Positions 26,607-28,875 of a DNA stretch of 28,875 nucleotides are shown piece by piece. How positions within the stretch are numbered: the first letter of the stretch is position 1; every line of letters starts with the position of its first letter. Both the position numbers and the translations under genes were made by a program. The notes beneath the pieces are model-generated. The model was not told the DNA's origin and searched no databases. It worked only from the letters and a program-made list of their open reading frames with translations. This DNA comes from Bryobacterales bacterium (GTDB lineage Bacteria; Acidobacteriota; Terriglobia; Bryobacterales; Bryobacteraceae). Where the stretch lies: assembly GCA_043781815.1 (NCBI GenBank), contig JAYWBH010000643.1, positions 1 to 28,875 on the forward strand, written 5' to 3'.

Positions 26607-27226
26607 ATGGCGGCAAGCGCCTGAAGGTCCAACATGACCCCGCGCTTCCCCACATTTTGTCCCACCGTTGAACCCAGCACCGCCACCACGCCTTCGCATT
26701 CATGAATATGGCCGCAGTAGAAACGCACCGGCTGTTCAGTGGCGATAAATTGCGCCACGGCATTGCTTCCAAAATGCGCATCAGGCTTAATGCCATCGAG
26801 TGGTGTATCTTTCGGAGGACAATGACAAATAAGAATCATCGGCTTCAATCCGCGAAAAGCATCCAGGCGTTGGGCGATTTCTGCCTCACTGAATTCACCT
26901 GGTGTATTAAACGGAGTTGGATTGGAATACCCTAATCCGACGATGTGGAATCCGTCCAATTCCACGGCTTGTCCATGCAAGGAACGAAAGCCGAATTGCT
27001 GGCAAAAATGGGTAATATCGCTTTCTGATTCATGGTTGCCGGGCATCACAAACAGCTTGTCGGAATGCCGTCGCATTACTTCACCAGCCGCTTCCAATCC
27101 CCGAGCCCAACTTACTAAGTCACCGGCAGCGATATAGTAATCCACTTCCATATTCATCAGGTGGGAGAGGGCTTTCAAGTCATTGTGAATGTCGGAAAAG
27201 ATAAGTATCTTCACTGGGATAACCAC
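26603..27226 (-). CDS. Calcineurin-like metallophosphoesterase
   Basis: DIHND, AGDL, GNHE, HCPP, GHIHE motifs. The start could be the GTG at 27214 instead. Confidence 0.9.
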   Translation of the reverse strand: MVIPVKILIFSDIHNDLKALSHLMNMEVDYYIAAGDLVSWARGLEAAGEVMRRHSDKLFVMPGNHESESDITHFCQQFGFRSLHGQAVELDGFHIVGLGYSNPTPFNTPGEFSEAEIAQRLDAFRGLKPMILICHCPPKDTPLDGIKPDAHFGSNAVAQFIATEQPVRFYCGHIHECEGVVAVLGSTVGQNVGKRGVMLDLQALAAI

Positions 27227-27291
27227 TTGCTTCTATCAATGATCGCGGTCGACACTATTGAACGCCAAGTCGGCATTTCTCAGCGAAGATT

Positions 27292-28725
27292 CTAAGCCAC
27301 AATCTCTTTCACCACGTTCCCAGCCACATCCGTCAATCTGAAGTTACGACCACTATAGGGATAGGTCAGCTTGGTGTGATCCAGGCCCATCAAATGCAGC
27401 ACAGTCGCGTGCAGGTCGTGGACATGCACTTTGTTTTCTACTGCCTGATATCCGAAATCATCCGTTGCGCCGTGGGCTATGCCGCCCTTAACTCCGCCGC
27501 CTGCAAGTAGAGTAAAGAAACCTTCGTTGTTGTGATTGCGACCGTTTTGCACGTTGATGCGGCCAGCTACTTCCGTCCAGGGTCTGCGACCGAATTCGCC
27601 GCCGATGATCACTAACGTTTCCTTCAGCAGCCCAGATGCTTTCAAGTCCTGTAGTAAGGCAGCAATTGGTTGATCGGCTTGTTGGGCCAACTTACGATGC
27701 ACCATAATATCGTGATGGCTGTCCCACGGCTTATCGTTGCCGAAGTAGACTTGCACCACGCGCACACCGCGCTCTACCAAGCGGCGAGCTACCAGACAGC
27801 CGCGCGCAAAATCACCGTCACGAGTGGCTGATTTGATCTTCATTTCCGATGTATCGCGCATGCCCGTTACGCCGTACCGTTCACGCACCGCTTCCGGTTC
27901 CTTGGAGACATCGAAGGCATCCATTGCTTCGGCCTGCATGCGGTAAGCGACTTCCATGGATTGAATGCGACCTTCCAATTGGGAATCGGGACCGCGCTTT
28001 TCAAGTTCCATGCGATTCAACTTTTCCCACAGTTCCACGCGCTTCTTTTGTTCTTCCACGTTGCCGGAATGGCTGCGCAGATGTTGAATCATCTTTTCCG
28101 GATCGGTTTCATCGCAAGGCACATAGGTCCCTTGATAGACGGCCGGAAGGAAGGCGGAACTCCACAATTGCGAACCGACATCGGGCACGCCAGCGCACAT
28201 GGAAATGAAGCCGGGCAAGTTCCGATTTTCACTTCCTAACCCATAAGTGAGCCACGCGCCCATAGATGGAAATCCTGGAATGATGCGGCCCACGTTCATC
28301 TGCAAGATAGCCTGCGGATGCGCGGGCAGATCGGTATGCATGGAACGGATGACGCAAATATCGTCAATACACTGGGCTGTTTTCTGAAACAGGTCGCTGA
28401 CTTCTAAACCACTTTTGCCGTAACGCTTGAACGGGAAGGGCGATTGCATCAGCTTGCCGCGTTCCTGTTTGGCTTTGGGGAAGTCGCCGGGCATGGCCCC
28501 ACCGTTGAATTTGGTCAACATGGGTTTGGGGTCGAACGTATCCACTTGCGATGGGCCGCCGTTCAAAAACAGAAAAATTACTTGCTTGGCTTTGGGGGCA
28601 AAGTGCGGCGATTTCGGTAGCAATGATCCGGCATCTGCTTGCGCCTCTTTGGCGAGTAGACCGGCCAACCCCACCATCCCGAATCCGTTCCCTGCCTGCC
28701 GAAGTGCTTCGCGCCTGGTAATCAT
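27292..28725 (-). CDS. DUF1501 domain protein with a Tat-like leader
   Basis: TRREAL leader; PKAKQVIFLFLNGGPSQVDTFDPKP, WDSH, LDLK...TLV..GGEFGR, HDLHATVLHLMGLDH; SD GGAG upstream. Confidence 0.93.
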   Translation of the reverse strand: MITRREALRQAGNGFGMVGLAGLLAKEAQADAGSLLPKSPHFAPKAKQVIFLFLNGGPSQVDTFDPKPMLTKFNGGAMPGDFPKAKQERGKLMQSPFPFKRYGKSGLEVSDLFQKTAQCIDDICVIRSMHTDLPAHPQAILQMNVGRIIPGFPSMGAWLTYGLGSENRNLPGFISMCAGVPDVGSQLWSSAFLPAVYQGTYVPCDETDPEKMIQHLRSHSGNVEEQKKRVELWEKLNRMELEKRGPDSQLEGRIQSMEVAYRMQAEAMDAFDVSKEPEAVRERYGVTGMRDTSEMKIKSATRDGDFARGCLVARRLVERGVRVVQVYFGNDKPWDSHHDIMVHRKLAQQADQPIAALLQDLKASGLLKETLVIIGGEFGRRPWTEVAGRINVQNGRNHNNEGFFTLLAGGGVKGGIAHGATDDFGYQAVENKVHVHDLHATVLHLMGLDHTKLTYPYSGRNFRLTDVAGNVVKEIVA

Positions 28726-28735
28726 ATATTCTCCG

Positions 28736-28875
28736 TTAATTCACAAACAACAGTTCATTGGAACTGAGCAATACCTGCGCGTACGGCAACCAGTTGGCTT
28801 GACCCTTGGCTACAAAATCGCGACCAATTTGAATTTCCTGGGCTGTGGCTTCGCGCCCGAAGACAATGCGGTAGG
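28736..28875 (-). CDS. 3' end (partial) of a DUF1553 / PSD1 planctomycete-cytochrome-type protein
   Basis: Reads YRIVFGREATAQEIQIGRDFVAKGQANWLPYAQVLLSSNELLFVN*, the usual DUF1553 ending that precedes DUF1501 genes. Confidence 0.85.
   Translation of the reverse strand, partial: YRIVFGREATAQEIQIGRDFVAKGQANWLPYAQVLLSSNELLFVN

Noticed and set aside
11503-26699. Track start codons at 11503, 17110, 22162 and 26699
   Set aside because: Upstream extensions overlap neighbouring genes or lack family similarity. Starts at 11716, 17128, 22207 and 26606 fit SD/overlap evidence or the start of family similarity better.

Overview
Probably an Acidobacteriota (Bryobacteraceae/Solibacter-like) chromosome segment. 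This is inferred from the gene families present: an Oar-type TonB receptor tail, a multiheme-TPR protein, a DUF1553/DUF1501 pair and a carboxypeptidase-regulatory-domain protein. Layout: (1) 1-1000: end of a TonB receptor, a terminator, a decayed higBA locus, and two nested miniature inverted-repeat elements (an IS4-like 207-bp element inside an IS1380-like element), each carrying REP-like hairpins. (2) 1065-3365: a heptaheme-TPR protein. (3) 3372-10397: a defence island. A coupled MNT-HEPN-HsdR operon ends in a 47-aa AbiJ-like stub and has no hsdM or intact hsdS in the window. A degenerate second copy of the hsdR start brackets the MNT-HEPN pair. A divergent PHP-ATPase (Ppl/TrlF-type) gene is split by a 1-nt frameshift inside its Walker A codons. 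(4) 11.7-24.2 kb: a complete reductive pyrimidine catabolism cluster (NCS1, preT, preA, hydA, beta-ureidopropionase, a short PucR regulator), interrupted by an active/inactive DUF3857-transglutaminase pair and a ParD-like/zeta-ATPase module. (5) 24.2-28.9 kb: a minus-strand run of envelope and hypothetical genes. All calls come from reading motifs by eye; no database searches were run.
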